The translations under genes were made by a program, and so were the position numbers. Below the pieces are notes generated by a model that did not search any database, had not been told where the DNA came from, and worked only from the letters and a program-made list of their open reading frames with translations. Below are positions 1 to 9,880 of a DNA stretch of 64,000 nucleotides, one piece after another; position 1 is the first letter of the stretch; each line of letters opens with the position of its first letter. Source of the stretch: Planctomycetota bacterium (GTDB lineage: Bacteria; Planctomycetota; B15-G4); contig JAJDEO010000002.1 in NCBI GenBank assembly GCA_029259745.1, forward strand, positions 53,787-117,786, written 5' to 3'.

Positions 1-2
1 CG

Positions 3-1019
3 CGGTTCAGCGCACCGTTCCTGTGGTCCGAGTGGTCGACGGTTGTCGATGCTTGGCAGGTCGACAACTGGGAGGAGTACCGAACCGTCAAGAGGCTTGG
101 ACGCAAGACCCGCCTGGCTGAGTCCCAGCGGCGCGAGTTGTGGGCCGTGTTCGATGCGGTCCGTGCGAGGCTCGCCGATCAGGGGCGTGTGACGATGGCC
201 GGTGTGCACCGGGCCGTGGCGCAGGCGATCACCGACAGCGGTGCGCGGCCCTACGACTTCGCGATCGTCGACGAGGCGCAGGACGTGAGCGTCCCGCAGC
301 TTCGCTTCCTCGCGGCGCTCGGCGCGGCACGCCCTGATGGGCTCTTCTTCGCTGGCGATCTCGGTCAGCGCATCTTCCGTCAGCCCTTCTCGTGGTCGTC
401 GCTCGGCGTGGAGATCCGCGGGCGGTCGTCGATCCTCCGCGTCAACTACCGAACGTCCCACCAGATCCGCACTGCGGCCGACAGGTTGCTTGCGCTCGAA
501 CTCGCCGACGTCGACGGCAACAAGGAGGACCGTCGCGGAACCGTGTCCGTCTTCAACGGACCGGTACCGGAGATCCAGCTCTTCGACTCAGCATCGGACG
601 AGAGCGAGTTCGTCGGCGAGCGCCTGGCCGCGTGGATGGCCGACGGCATGGCTGCGCACGAGATGGCCGTGTTCGTGCGCAGCGATGCGCAGCTCGCAAG
701 AGCCGAAGAAGCACTCCGCAAGGCAGGCGTCGACTACCGAGTTGTCGGACCCCGCATGGACACGACCCACGGCAAGGCCTCCCTGACGACGATGCACCGC
801 GCCAAGGGCCTCGAGTTCCGCGCCGTAGCCGTCATGGCCTGCGACGACGAGGTCGTGCCGCTCCAAGATCGCATCGAAACCGTCACCGACGACTCCGACC
901 TCGAAGAGGTCTACAACACCGAGCGGCACCTGCTCTACGTCGCCTGCACCCGCGCGAGAGATCATCTGCTGGTGACGGCGGTGGAGCCGGGTTCGGAGTT
1001 TTTGGAGGACATGGCGTGA
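3..1019 (+). CDS. UvrD-like superfamily 1 DNA helicase, C-terminal part (5' end truncated by window start)
   Basis: The reading frame is open from base 3 into the track ORF 138..1019. SF1 helicase motifs are visible: DEAQD (II), GDLGQRIF (III), VNYRTSHQI (IV), TTMHRAKGLEF (V) and LLYVACTRAR (VI). Confidence 0.75.
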   Translation, partial: RFSAPFLWSEWSTVVDAWQVDNWEEYRTVKRLGRKTRLAESQRRELWAVFDAVRARLADQGRVTMAGVHRAVAQAITDSGARPYDFAIVDEAQDVSVPQLRFLAALGAARPDGLFFAGDLGQRIFRQPFSWSSLGVEIRGRSSILRVNYRTSHQIRTAADRLLALELADVDGNKEDRRGTVSVFNGPVPEIQLFDSASDESEFVGERLAAWMADGMAAHEMAVFVRSDAQLARAEEALRKAGVDYRVVGPRMDTTHGKASLTTMHRAKGLEFRAVAVMACDDEVVPLQDRIETVTDDSDLEEVYNTERHLLYVACTRARDHLLVTAVEPGSEFLEDMA

Positions 1020-1056
1020 GGGCGGTGGGTGGCCCGGGGCGTCGGAGGCTGCGAAC

Positions 1057-2628
1057 ATGACAATCTTTGATCGGCTGAAGGCGTTTCTGTCGGGAGGCGC
1101 GCGACCGACATTCGGGGAACTGCACGCAAAAGCAATACGTACACCCGATGAGCCCGCTGGCGAGCAGGATCCGCCCAATCGGTCGCCCGTCGAGGCGGTC
1201 AAGCCAACGCGCGAGTTCGAACTCGTCCGGGATCTACTCAAGGAGGGGTGTGCTCCGTTCGTCCTCGTGATTGGTCAGGCCGGCACCGGGAAGACCACAT
1301 GCATTAACTGGCTTCGCGAGCAGGTCGACGGAAACGTCGTCGTCGTTGCTTTCACGGGGCTCGCAGCCCTGACAGCGGGCGGCCAGACGATCCACTCGTT
1401 CTTCAGGTTCCCGCCGAAGTGGCTCGGTCCGCGTGACATCGAGCTGCATCTTGATCCAGCGATCTACCAGGAGCTCGACGTCCTCGTCATCGACGAGATC
1501 TCGATGGTGCGCGTCGACCTGCTCGATGCCATCGATCGCTTCTTGCGGCTCAACCGGAGTCAACGAAATCCTGCCAATGCGAATCGTCCGTTCGGCGGTG
1601 CGCAGATTGTAGCGTTCGGCGATCTATTCCAGCTTCCCCCGGTGGTGACGCGGGGCGATCAACGCCTGATGGAAAGGGCCGGTTATCTCAGCCAGCACTT
1701 CTTCAGTGCCGAGGCATTGCGCAACCTTGCGCCAGCGACCGTCGAGTTGACGCAGCCATTCCGTCAGCGTGACAGCGTATTTCTGGGGTTGCTTGGATGC
1801 ATACGCGAGGATCGAGACACAGAACGCGCTGTCGAGGAACTCAACGCGCGATGTGCTGAGAGCGGGGCATCGAATGCGGATATCTGGTTGACGGTGGTGC
1901 CGACGCGCGCGCGCGCTGAGCGCGTGAATTTCCGGCAGTTGGACGTGTTGCCAAGCGAGCCTCGCACCTATCAGGGGCAGATCCGCGGGCGGTTCATCTC
2001 GGGGCTGCGCGAGGGGGAGAAGCCCAATGACACGCAGGAAGAACGAAATCTTCCCGCGCCTTTCGAGCTTCAGCTGAAGCCTGGCGCGCGTGTCATCTTC
2101 ACGAAGAACGACGGCGGGCACCAATGGGTCAACGGCACGATGGGCACCGTTGTGGCGACAGAGCCGGAGCACGTCGTCGTCAGGGTTGACGCTGACGGGG
2201 AAGGCGAAGGCGACATCGTCCACGTCGGTCGATCGCGATGGACGAAGGACCGGTACCAGTATGATCGGCTGCTCGGCCGGATTACCCAGGAGGAGGTCGG
2301 GTCCTATTCGCAGATCCCTCTTGCGCCCGCCTGGGCCATCACGATTCATAAGGTCCAGGGCCAGACCCTCGACCGCATCTGCGTCGACCTCGACCGAGGC
2401 GCGTTCGCCACCGGCCAGACCTACGTTGCCATCAGCCGCTGTCGCTCCCTCGATGGGCTCCGCCTTGCACGCCCGATCACGCGTGAGGACGTTCTCTGTG
2501 ACCCACAGGTACGGCGCTTCATGGACAGCGTGCGTCCGTCATTGGCGAATCGACTACTTGTCGAGGAAGGATCGACTCAGGACGAACCGTACGGACCCGC
2601 CGGCGAGAACTATGGCGAACAACGCTGA
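1057..2628 (+). CDS. PIF1/RecD-like (AAA_30) SF1 helicase
   Basis: Walker A GQAGTGKT, PIF1-type GGQTIHSFF, motif II VLVIDEISMV, GDLFQLPPV and a C-terminal WAITIHKVQGQT..YVAISRCRS motif. It starts 37 bp after the previous stop on the same strand. Confidence 0.75.
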   Translation: MTIFDRLKAFLSGGARPTFGELHAKAIRTPDEPAGEQDPPNRSPVEAVKPTREFELVRDLLKEGCAPFVLVIGQAGTGKTTCINWLREQVDGNVVVVAFTGLAALTAGGQTIHSFFRFPPKWLGPRDIELHLDPAIYQELDVLVIDEISMVRVDLLDAIDRFLRLNRSQRNPANANRPFGGAQIVAFGDLFQLPPVVTRGDQRLMERAGYLSQHFFSAEALRNLAPATVELTQPFRQRDSVFLGLLGCIREDRDTERAVEELNARCAESGASNADIWLTVVPTRARAERVNFRQLDVLPSEPRTYQGQIRGRFISGLREGEKPNDTQEERNLPAPFELQLKPGARVIFTKNDGGHQWVNGTMGTVVATEPEHVVVRVDADGEGEGDIVHVGRSRWTKDRYQYDRLLGRITQEEVGSYSQIPLAPAWAITIHKVQGQTLDRICVDLDRGAFATGQTYVAISRCRSLDGLRLARPITREDVLCDPQVRRFMDSVRPSLANRLLVEEGSTQDEPYGPAGENYGEQR

Positions 2629-2679
2629 CCGTCTTCTCGTCTGATATCCTCCCGCCGATAACCTCTGGGGAGAGCCGCC

Positions 2680-3879
2680 TTGCCGTCATCGTTCACGTGG
2701 CTCGACGCCAGCGAGGTGGATCGGCGTCGGGCGCTCGACGTGATCGACTTGTTCAGCGTGCGGGACACGCGCGACCAGCTCGGACTCGCCGGCATTCGCG
2801 ATGCATGGGCGGACCGGCTCGCGCCGGGGACGAGCACGGTTCAGACGCGGGCGCGGTACTTCCTGTTCGTGCCGTGGATGTACCGGGCGCTGGCTGCTTC
2901 CAGCGTGCGCGCGGATCGAGTTGAAGCGCGAGCGAAACGCTTCGAGCTCGGACTCATCAAGGCGATCCGAGCGTCGGATCCTTCGGACGGGCTCATCGGT
3001 GCGCAGGCCGGTCGGGGGCTGCAGCGACTGCCAAGTGACATCTACTGGGGTGGGCTTGGGGCGTGGAAGGTCAGACTGTTCATCGGGGCGCGGACCCGCT
3101 ACCACCGCGCTCTCGGGCAGGAACGCGTCGATTCTGTCTTCCTGACCGACGGCGGCGTCGCAGCCGACTGGAACCCACACCTTCCCGCTCCACCGGACGA
3201 CTTCCCTGACGTTGCCACGCTCGACCTGCGGCGCATCGACGCGGAGTTTCTCCGTGAGCAAATCGTGCAGCATGCGCGCGGGTCCTGGATCGCGCACCTC
3301 GTCATGTCCAACGAGGTCTGGGACACCGTCCCGGCGCTCTGGGATCACCCTGCGACGTCCTCCGCCCCTGCGGCACTGGCGCGGGACATTGAGCACGTGC
3401 GTTTGTTCAGTCTCTCGATGCACGGCGCAGCATTGGTGTACGGCCGGATGCTGTCGGAGCAACTTGGGCGCGCTGACTGGATCGTCGACTGGGGCAAGCG
3501 CTTCGATGCGTGGGTCGAACGAACGCGCGCGTCCGCCGACAGCCTGCAGCACTGGGACACCGACGACTTTTGGAACCGCACACGTCTTCTGAATCCGCGC
3601 ATCCCGAGGAACAGTCGGCAGTTCGCGAGTCGTTGGATCGACGGACTCCGGGTGCGCCTCCGCGCCGGATTGCTTGCCGACCTCGCCGACGATGCTGAGG
3701 TCCGTCGCGACATCACCGCACGCGAGAGGTTCCTCAAGCGACACCGCGCACGGCTCACGCATCGTGAGCACCTGCAGCGCTGGAGCGGCGCCTCGGGTGC
3801 CGACGCGTTCGACTTCCGCTGGCCGGTCACGCAGCGGCTCGTGCGCGACATTCAACTTGGTCTTCGGAGGGATGACTGA
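2680..3879 (+). CDS. Hypothetical protein (399 aa), first gene of a three-gene DUF/PLD/SNF2 operon
   Basis: Long ORF with no recognisable catalytic motif. It starts 51 bp after the PIF1-like stop, and its TGA stop lies 2 nt before the GTG start of the next gene, which is preceded by GGAGG. Confidence 0.6.
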   Translation: MPSSFTWLDASEVDRRRALDVIDLFSVRDTRDQLGLAGIRDAWADRLAPGTSTVQTRARYFLFVPWMYRALAASSVRADRVEARAKRFELGLIKAIRASDPSDGLIGAQAGRGLQRLPSDIYWGGLGAWKVRLFIGARTRYHRALGQERVDSVFLTDGGVAADWNPHLPAPPDDFPDVATLDLRRIDAEFLREQIVQHARGSWIAHLVMSNEVWDTVPALWDHPATSSAPAALARDIEHVRLFSLSMHGAALVYGRMLSEQLGRADWIVDWGKRFDAWVERTRASADSLQHWDTDDFWNRTRLLNPRIPRNSRQFASRWIDGLRVRLRAGLLADLADDAEVRRDITARERFLKRHRARLTHREHLQRWSGASGADAFDFRWPVTQRLVRDIQLGLRRDD

Positions 3880-3881
3880 AG

Positions 3882-5768
3882 GTGCTGACGCCGCGCGACC
3901 GCACCCTGCTCCTCGAGGCGTTACACACGCCCGACGGCTTCCGGCTTGACCAAGCCGTCGGCACGACCTTCACGCTCGACCTGATGGCGCTTCTCACCGT
4001 GCCTTTGGCGTTTACCTTCGCGCACTGGGATGACGACGAAGGCCGGCCGACGCTCGACCCCGTCGCGCTGATCCACGCGCTCCGTGAGCACGCACGTCGC
4101 ATGCACATCTTCTGCCAGGCAGGGGAGATCCGCGCGCCTGGTGCGGGCCAACCATTGTTCACCGCCCTTGAGCCGTCGGTGATCGAGGCGCGCGCGCCGA
4201 AGCCCGGCGGTCTCTTCCACCCGAAGGCCTGGGTCCTGCGCTTCACGAACGCCGACGGCGATGTCATGTATCGCGTGCTCGTCGCCAGCCGCAACCTGAC
4301 CTTCGACCGCTCGTGGGACACGCTGCTCGTGCTCGAAGGATCATTGACTGGCCGCAGCCGCAACGTTCGTGACAGCGTTCCACTCGGTGACTTTGTTGCG
4401 GCGCTCCCCGACCTCGCACTGCGGCGCGTGCCGCAGCAAACGCGTCAAGCGATCCTCGATATGGCCGGCGAGCTACGCCGCGTTCGGTTCGACCCGCCCG
4501 AGCCGTTCAAGGAGCTGCACTTCCATCCCTTCGGCGTCGCTGGCCGCGCGAAGCACTGGCCATACGAAGGCGCATTCAAGGGGGTGGTCGTCTCGCCGTT
4601 TGTCGGCGACGAGATGCTCGCCGACCTCCTCGATACGTGCGAGGACTGGAACCGTCGCGAGGTTGACCTGCAGCTCATCTCGCGGCCTGAGTCTCTGGTC
4701 GGATTGTCGCGCGAAGTCGTCGAGCGCTTCTCCAGCTGCTGGATGCTGTCGGCCGATGCCGACCCCGAGGATGGTGTCGAGGAGTCAGAGGGTGGGGAGG
4801 CCTTCACTACCGACGACGCCCTCACGGGGCTGCATGCCAAACTTGTCGTACTGCACCGTGACCACTACGCGCATGTGTTCACTGGGTCGGCGAACGCGAC
4901 GGTGGCAGCTCATCAGCTCAATGTCGAGTTCATGGTCGAACTTGTCGGTGGTCGCGAAAAATGTGGTCTGCCCGCGTTGATGGGAAGCGATGGCGACGAG
5001 GGCAAGGGCACGCTGCGTGAGTTGCTTGAGCCGTGGGAGCCCGTCGACACCGAGCCGGACGCCGAGCAGGAGCTGATCAACGACCTCGACCGGCGACTCG
5101 CGAGAGCGCGCCTTGCCGTCGGCACGTGCGACCTCATACTCAACGTCGCGCCGACATCGGCCGACGATCGAGGCGACGTCACTTACGACGTTGACGTCAC
5201 CGGCGCGATGCCGGAGATGCCCGCTGGCGTGCGCGTCGTATGTTGGCTGGCAACGCAGGTCGTTCACTGCGCTGTGGAGCCCGCGAAGGGAGACACCGAG
5301 CACGTTGCGCGCTTCACGGACATCGCGTTGATTGATCTCACGGCGTTCCTCGCCTTTGAATGCGTCGCGAGTGAAGGCGGCGTTGAGCGGCGTTCGCGGT
5401 TCGCGCGACACCTGCCCCTGGTTGGCGCGCCCGACGACCGCGAAGAACGTCTCCTGCGCGCCATGCTCAACGATCGCGAGAAGGTCATGCAGCTCCTTCT
5501 GATGCTGCTTGCTGCCGACGACACCGGAGCGCCTCCGCCGGGTTTGGCGGACGGTGCGGGCCTCTGGAGCCGCTGGGGCGGGCCCGATGGCGTGCCACTG
5601 CTCGAGTCGCTCGTCGGTGCCCTCGCGCGCGACCCGTTGAGCCTCGAGCCAGTGCGCCGGCTCGTCGACGACTTGCGGCGGACCGAGGAGGGCGCCGAGC
5701 TGCTTCCCGACGGCTTCGGCGCGATCTGGGCGGGGGTTGAGGCCGCTGCCGGGGAGCTGCGCAAGTGA
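3882..5768 (+). CDS. PLD-like (phospholipase D / nuclease superfamily) protein with two degenerate HKD-type motifs
   Basis: First motif GGLFHPKAWVLRF...VLVASRNLT (HxK then S-x-N). Second motif LHAKLVVLHRDHYAHVFTGSANAT (HxK then GSxN). Both aspartates are replaced. 628 aa with a GTG start. Confidence 0.65.
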   Translation: MLTPRDRTLLLEALHTPDGFRLDQAVGTTFTLDLMALLTVPLAFTFAHWDDDEGRPTLDPVALIHALREHARRMHIFCQAGEIRAPGAGQPLFTALEPSVIEARAPKPGGLFHPKAWVLRFTNADGDVMYRVLVASRNLTFDRSWDTLLVLEGSLTGRSRNVRDSVPLGDFVAALPDLALRRVPQQTRQAILDMAGELRRVRFDPPEPFKELHFHPFGVAGRAKHWPYEGAFKGVVVSPFVGDEMLADLLDTCEDWNRREVDLQLISRPESLVGLSREVVERFSSCWMLSADADPEDGVEESEGGEAFTTDDALTGLHAKLVVLHRDHYAHVFTGSANATVAAHQLNVEFMVELVGGREKCGLPALMGSDGDEGKGTLRELLEPWEPVDTEPDAEQELINDLDRRLARARLAVGTCDLILNVAPTSADDRGDVTYDVDVTGAMPEMPAGVRVVCWLATQVVHCAVEPAKGDTEHVARFTDIALIDLTAFLAFECVASEGGVERRSRFARHLPLVGAPDDREERLLRAMLNDREKVMQLLLMLLAADDTGAPPPGLADGAGLWSRWGGPDGVPLLESLVGALARDPLSLEPVRRLVDDLRRTEEGAELLPDGFGAIWAGVEAAAGELRK

Positions 5769-8700
5769 GCCGCGATGACATGGAACATCCGAGCGCCGAG
5801 CCCACGCTCGCGCGCCTGAAGGGCTTCCAAAGGGCCGCAGTCGAGACGGCGTTCGAGCGGCTTTACACGGCGCCTGACTCGACGCGGCGCTTCCTCGTGG
5901 CAGACGAAGTCGGACTCGGCAAGACGCTCATTGCTCGCGGCATCATCGCCAAGGCCGTCGAACACCTTTGGAACGACGTCGAGCGCATCGACGTCGTCTA
6001 CCTCTGCTCCAACGCCAGAATCGCGAAGCAGAACATCCGCCGGCTCAACCCCTTCCCAGGCCTCTCCATTGCTGAGGCCGACCGCATCACGATGCTCCCG
6101 GTGAAGCTTGGGGCACTCGCCCACGATCGGCTGAACTTCGTGGCGTTCACGCCGGGCACGTCGCTAGATCTGAAGTCGAGCGAGGGACAGCGGCGCGAAC
6201 GTGCGCTTTTGTTCTGGTTGCTGCATGGCCATTGGCACCACGGTGATAACGGCGCAAGAAACCTTCTCGACGGTGCGGTCAAGCGTCGCGATCGCTGGCA
6301 TCAACTCGTGGACGACTTCCCGGCTACGAACCACATCGCGCCGAAGGTCCAGCGGCGCATCTTAGAGGCCCTTGAGAGTGCGGGCGCTTCAGGGACGACG
6401 ACGGGCAAGGGTGGGTTACGAGTTCGCTTCCAGGCTCTGTGCGCGCGGTTCGAGCGTGCGCGGCCGCCGTGGTCGGGTGTCTTACGCGAGGAACAACGCG
6501 AGCTTGTCGGCGAGCTGCGCACGCACGTCGCGAGGGCCTGCATCGACCTGCTCGAGCCTGACCTCGTCATCCTCGACGAGTTTCAGCGCTTCAATGACCT
6601 GCTCGACCCGCGCACCGACAGTGAAGCCGCCCAACTTGCACGACGCCTCTTCGAGTGGAGCGACGAGTCAGCCGAGGCGCGCGTGCTCTTGCTCTCGGCC
6701 ACGCCGTACAAGATGTACACGCTCACTCACGAGGCCGATGAAGACGACCACTACGCCGACTTCCTACGCACGGTCGACTTCCTCGAGCCGGACCACACGC
6801 GCCAAGCACAGCTCCGCCGACACCTCGGTGACTACCGGCGCGAGCTCTACAGCCTCGGAGCGGGCGGCGGCGAGCGTCTGCACGAGGTCAAGGCATCGAT
6901 TGAGCTGGCGTTGCGGCGCGTGATTTCGCGGACAGAGCGGCTCGGAGCCGGTGGCGCGCGCGACGGGATGCTGAAGGCCGTGTCGGTTCCGGGCGTGGCG
7001 CTCGAACCGCGCGACGTGCTCGACTTCGTCTACTTGCAGCGCATCGCCGATTGTCTCGAGCAGCGCAGCGTCGTCGAGTACTGGAAGTCGGCCCCGTACC
7101 TGCTGAACTTCATGGAGGATTACGGGCTCAAGCGCCAGCTCGAAGCCGAGCTGACGCGCCGTCGCCCCGATGCTGAACTTGTCGAGTGTCTTGCTGCCGC
7201 CGATGGCCTGCTGCTCGATGCACGTGGTCTGCGCGACTACGAAGCCGTCGCCCCGGCAAACGGGCGTCTTCGTGCGCTGGCCGACGACCTCTTCAAGAGC
7301 GGGTTGTGGCGCTGTCTTTGGCTGCCCCCGTCGCGACCAAACTATGCGCTCGGCGGTCCCTTCGCCGAGGCCTCGTCGCACTCAGCGGGCACGACGAAGC
7401 GGCTCGTCTTCTCGGCGTGGACCGTCGTGCCGAAGGTCATTGCGGCGTTGCTTAGTTATGAACTCGAACGCCGTAGCTTCCACGCCTTCGGCGGCGAGGT
7501 TGAGAACACGTCGGAGGCTCGCAAGAAGCGCGCGCCGCTGCTCCGGTTCGCGCGCAGCGAAGGACGGCTTTCCGGCATGCCGGTGCTGGCGTTGGCGTAT
7601 CCGTCGCCGGCCCTCGCGCGTCTCGGCGATCCGCTGGACGTCGCAGGCCGATTTGGAGAGAACACCGCGCAGGACGACCTCGTTGACGTTGTCGCCGCGC
7701 GCATCGAGACAGACCTCGCACCGATCCTCGCGCAGCATGCGAGCGAGCAGGGCGGCCCGGATGACGATTCGTGGTACTGGCAGGCACCTATCTTGCTCGA
7801 CCGCGCTGCTGACAAAGCAGGCACCGAAGCCTGGTGGTCGGAGGACGCGCTCGCGGCGCGCTGGACGGCGGCCGGTGACGACGATGGCGACGGAGGCCGT
7901 CTATGGACGGAGCACGTCGAGGAAGGCGTACGTGTCGCGCTGGGGGACCACACGCGCCTCGGTCGGCCACCCGCCGACCTGGTGACGACCCTTGCTCGCT
8001 TGGCGATCGCGGGGCCGGCCGTCTGTGCCCTACGCTCCTTCGAGCGCGTCCTCGACACCAGCGACGAGGATGCAGTGCGGGTCCGCCTCGCAGCCGGCCG
8101 GATCGGCTTCGCGTTCCGCTCGCTGTTCAACCGCCCCGAAGCGATGGCATTGCTCCGTGCAGGTCGCCGCGATACGCCGTACTGGCGACTCGTGCTCGGG
8201 CACGGCCTGGACGGCGACATCGACGCTGTACTCACCGAGCACATCCACGTCCTCCGCGATCTTCAGGGCTTGTTCGACGCTCTGCCGGGCGACGCGGCCG
8301 AGCGGCTCGCGAGAGTCGTTGAGGAGACCCTGTCGATCCGCGCCTCGTCCCAGCCATACGACGTGGTCCAGGCGTTGGGGGATGATGGTCAGGTCGAGCT
8401 GAACAAGAACGTTCGCAACCTGCGCGGCCACGTGGCGATGCGCTTCAGCACCGACAAGAGTGAGGACGAGGCCGGCGGTGTCCGCGCCGACACGGTTCGT
8501 GACGCGTTCAACTCACCCTTCTGGCCGTTCGTGCTGACGACGACCTCGGTAGGGCAGGAGGGCCTCGACTTCCACGCATGGTGCCACGCGGTCGTCCACT
8601 GGAATCTCCCGTCGAACCCAGTTGATCTCGAGCAGCGCGAGGGCCGCATACACCGCTTCAAGGGGCACGCCATCCGCAAGAACGTGGCGCGACGTCATGG

Positions 8701-9031
8701 CGCCGCACTCAACATCAAGGCGGGCGAGGATCCATGGTCGCTCATGTTCGACCAGGCCGTTGCGGATGTGGCCGATGACGCGCGCGGTCTCGTTCCATGG
8801 TGGGTCTATCCGCTTGAGGGCGGAGCGTCCATCGAGCGCCACGTGCCGATGCTTCCGCTGTCGAGGGAGCAGAGCAAGCTCGAGGCGCTCCGTAAGTCGC
8901 TCGCGGTGTACCGCATGGTGTTCGGACAGCCGCGGCAGGACGACCTCTTGGCTTACCTGATGGAGCACGTGTCACGCGAGGATATCGAGCAAAAGATGGC
9001 CGGGATGCGGATGGACTTGTCGCCGAGGTAG
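5765..9031 (+). CDS. SNF2/DExH-family SF2 helicase (1088 aa)
   Basis: Motif I VADEVGLGKTLIARG, motif II VILDEFQRF, motif III LLLSATPYKM and a C-terminal helicase core TTTSVGQEGLDFHAW...QREGRIHRFKGH. Its start overlaps the PLD gene stop (GTGA). Confidence 0.8.
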   Translation: MSRDDMEHPSAEPTLARLKGFQRAAVETAFERLYTAPDSTRRFLVADEVGLGKTLIARGIIAKAVEHLWNDVERIDVVYLCSNARIAKQNIRRLNPFPGLSIAEADRITMLPVKLGALAHDRLNFVAFTPGTSLDLKSSEGQRRERALLFWLLHGHWHHGDNGARNLLDGAVKRRDRWHQLVDDFPATNHIAPKVQRRILEALESAGASGTTTGKGGLRVRFQALCARFERARPPWSGVLREEQRELVGELRTHVARACIDLLEPDLVILDEFQRFNDLLDPRTDSEAAQLARRLFEWSDESAEARVLLLSATPYKMYTLTHEADEDDHYADFLRTVDFLEPDHTRQAQLRRHLGDYRRELYSLGAGGGERLHEVKASIELALRRVISRTERLGAGGARDGMLKAVSVPGVALEPRDVLDFVYLQRIADCLEQRSVVEYWKSAPYLLNFMEDYGLKRQLEAELTRRRPDAELVECLAAADGLLLDARGLRDYEAVAPANGRLRALADDLFKSGLWRCLWLPPSRPNYALGGPFAEASSHSAGTTKRLVFSAWTVVPKVIAALLSYELERRSFHAFGGEVENTSEARKKRAPLLRFARSEGRLSGMPVLALAYPSPALARLGDPLDVAGRFGENTAQDDLVDVVAARIETDLAPILAQHASEQGGPDDDSWYWQAPILLDRAADKAGTEAWWSEDALAARWTAAGDDDGDGGRLWTEHVEEGVRVALGDHTRLGRPPADLVTTLARLAIAGPAVCALRSFERVLDTSDEDAVRVRLAAGRIGFAFRSLFNRPEAMALLRAGRRDTPYWRLVLGHGLDGDIDAVLTEHIHVLRDLQGLFDALPGDAAERLARVVEETLSIRASSQPYDVVQALGDDGQVELNKNVRNLRGHVAMRFSTDKSEDEAGGVRADTVRDAFNSPFWPFVLTTTSVGQEGLDFHAWCHAVVHWNLPSNPVDLEQREGRIHRFKGHAIRKNVARRHGAALNIKAGEDPWSLMFDQAVADVADDARGLVPWWVYPLEGGASIERHVPMLPLSREQSKLEALRKSLAVYRMVFGQPRQDDLLAYLMEHVSREDIEQKMAGMRMDLSPR

Positions 9032-9035
9032 CGCC

Positions 9036-9056
9036 AGTCAGCGTCAGTCGCTGACT
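9036..9056 (+). terminator. Candidate stem-loop terminator after the SNF2 gene
   Basis: Inverted repeat AGTCAGCG-tcagt-CGCTGACT lies 5 nt after the TAG stop. There is no T-tract, which is usual for high-GC genomes. Confidence 0.3.
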
Positions 9057-9421
9057 TGCATGGAACAGTCCTGCGATCGGGAATCATCTGACGTGCGCAA
9101 TCGCGCACATCCGCTTGGCGTTCCCCTGTCACCGGGCATCCGGCCAGGCCTCCGAATCATCTCCCAGCACTGGATGGTCGACCCTACGGGCCCGCCAGGC
9201 TTCGCGGCGTCGAACGCGGTACGCGCGACGATTGACTAGGGCTGTCGCTGGCGGCGGTGCAGGTCTCTTCCCCGTCGTCGGGACGTCGTAGTTCGCAGGG
9301 ATGACGCAACGCACGGTCCTCGATCGACCACATCGAACCCCGGGCGACTACCGTCTCCGCTATCTATCAAGCAGCCCGGACGGCCCCTGCGTCTCGCGCC
9401 TGGAACTTTCGCTCAACCTTC

Positions 9422-9802
9422 GTGCGATTCGATCCCGATGAGTTGAGGATTGATGTCAAAACCTCTTCGAGAGTTGGCCGAGTGACTACAGCGACAATAG
9501 TTGAGACGCGTGAGTGTGATTTCTGCGGTGAAGACGTGCTTGTGAAGGCAAAGAAGTGCAAGCACTGCCACGAGACACTTGATCCGGCAATGCGCAAGGC
9601 TGAAGAGGCTATGCGCGTTTCGACAGCCGGAAGTGGCAGCGCCTCCTCGGCAGCGTCCGCAACCGTGGTCGTTGCAGGTCCGGACACTCGGCCTAACTTC
9701 CCCCACGTGTTTCACTTTCTCATGACGGTCGTCACCGTCGGATTCTGGGGGTTCGTCTGGGTGCTGCATTACTGCTGTCGTGGCGAGACTTACAAGAACT
9801 AG
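9422..9802 (+). CDS. Small zinc-ribbon membrane protein (CxxC...CxxC plus C-terminal TM helix)
   Basis: CDFCGED..CKHC zinc-ribbon pattern and hydrophobic tail FHFLMTVVTVGFWGFVWVL. Codon usage is visibly lower-GC than the flanks (aca, ata, gtt, gat, aag). The true start is uncertain (ATG 9422 or a downstream GTG). Confidence 0.45.
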   Translation: MRFDPDELRIDVKTSSRVGRVTTATIVETRECDFCGEDVLVKAKKCKHCHETLDPAMRKAEEAMRVSTAGSGSASSAASATVVVAGPDTRPNFPHVFHFLMTVVTVGFWGFVWVLHYCCRGETYKN

Positions 9803-9880
9803 TCGGCTATCTCACCTCGCGAGTGCCGCACGACGGCCTGCCCGGGCGGCCGAGTCGCCATCTGTCCCCTCAGGGCGAAG

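Noticed and set aside
2686-3855. 389-aa minus-strand ORF antisense to the first triad gene
   Set aside because: It is an R/P/A-rich antisense frame typical of high-GC DNA. The sense-strand genes show coherent operon structure and helicase/PLD motifs.
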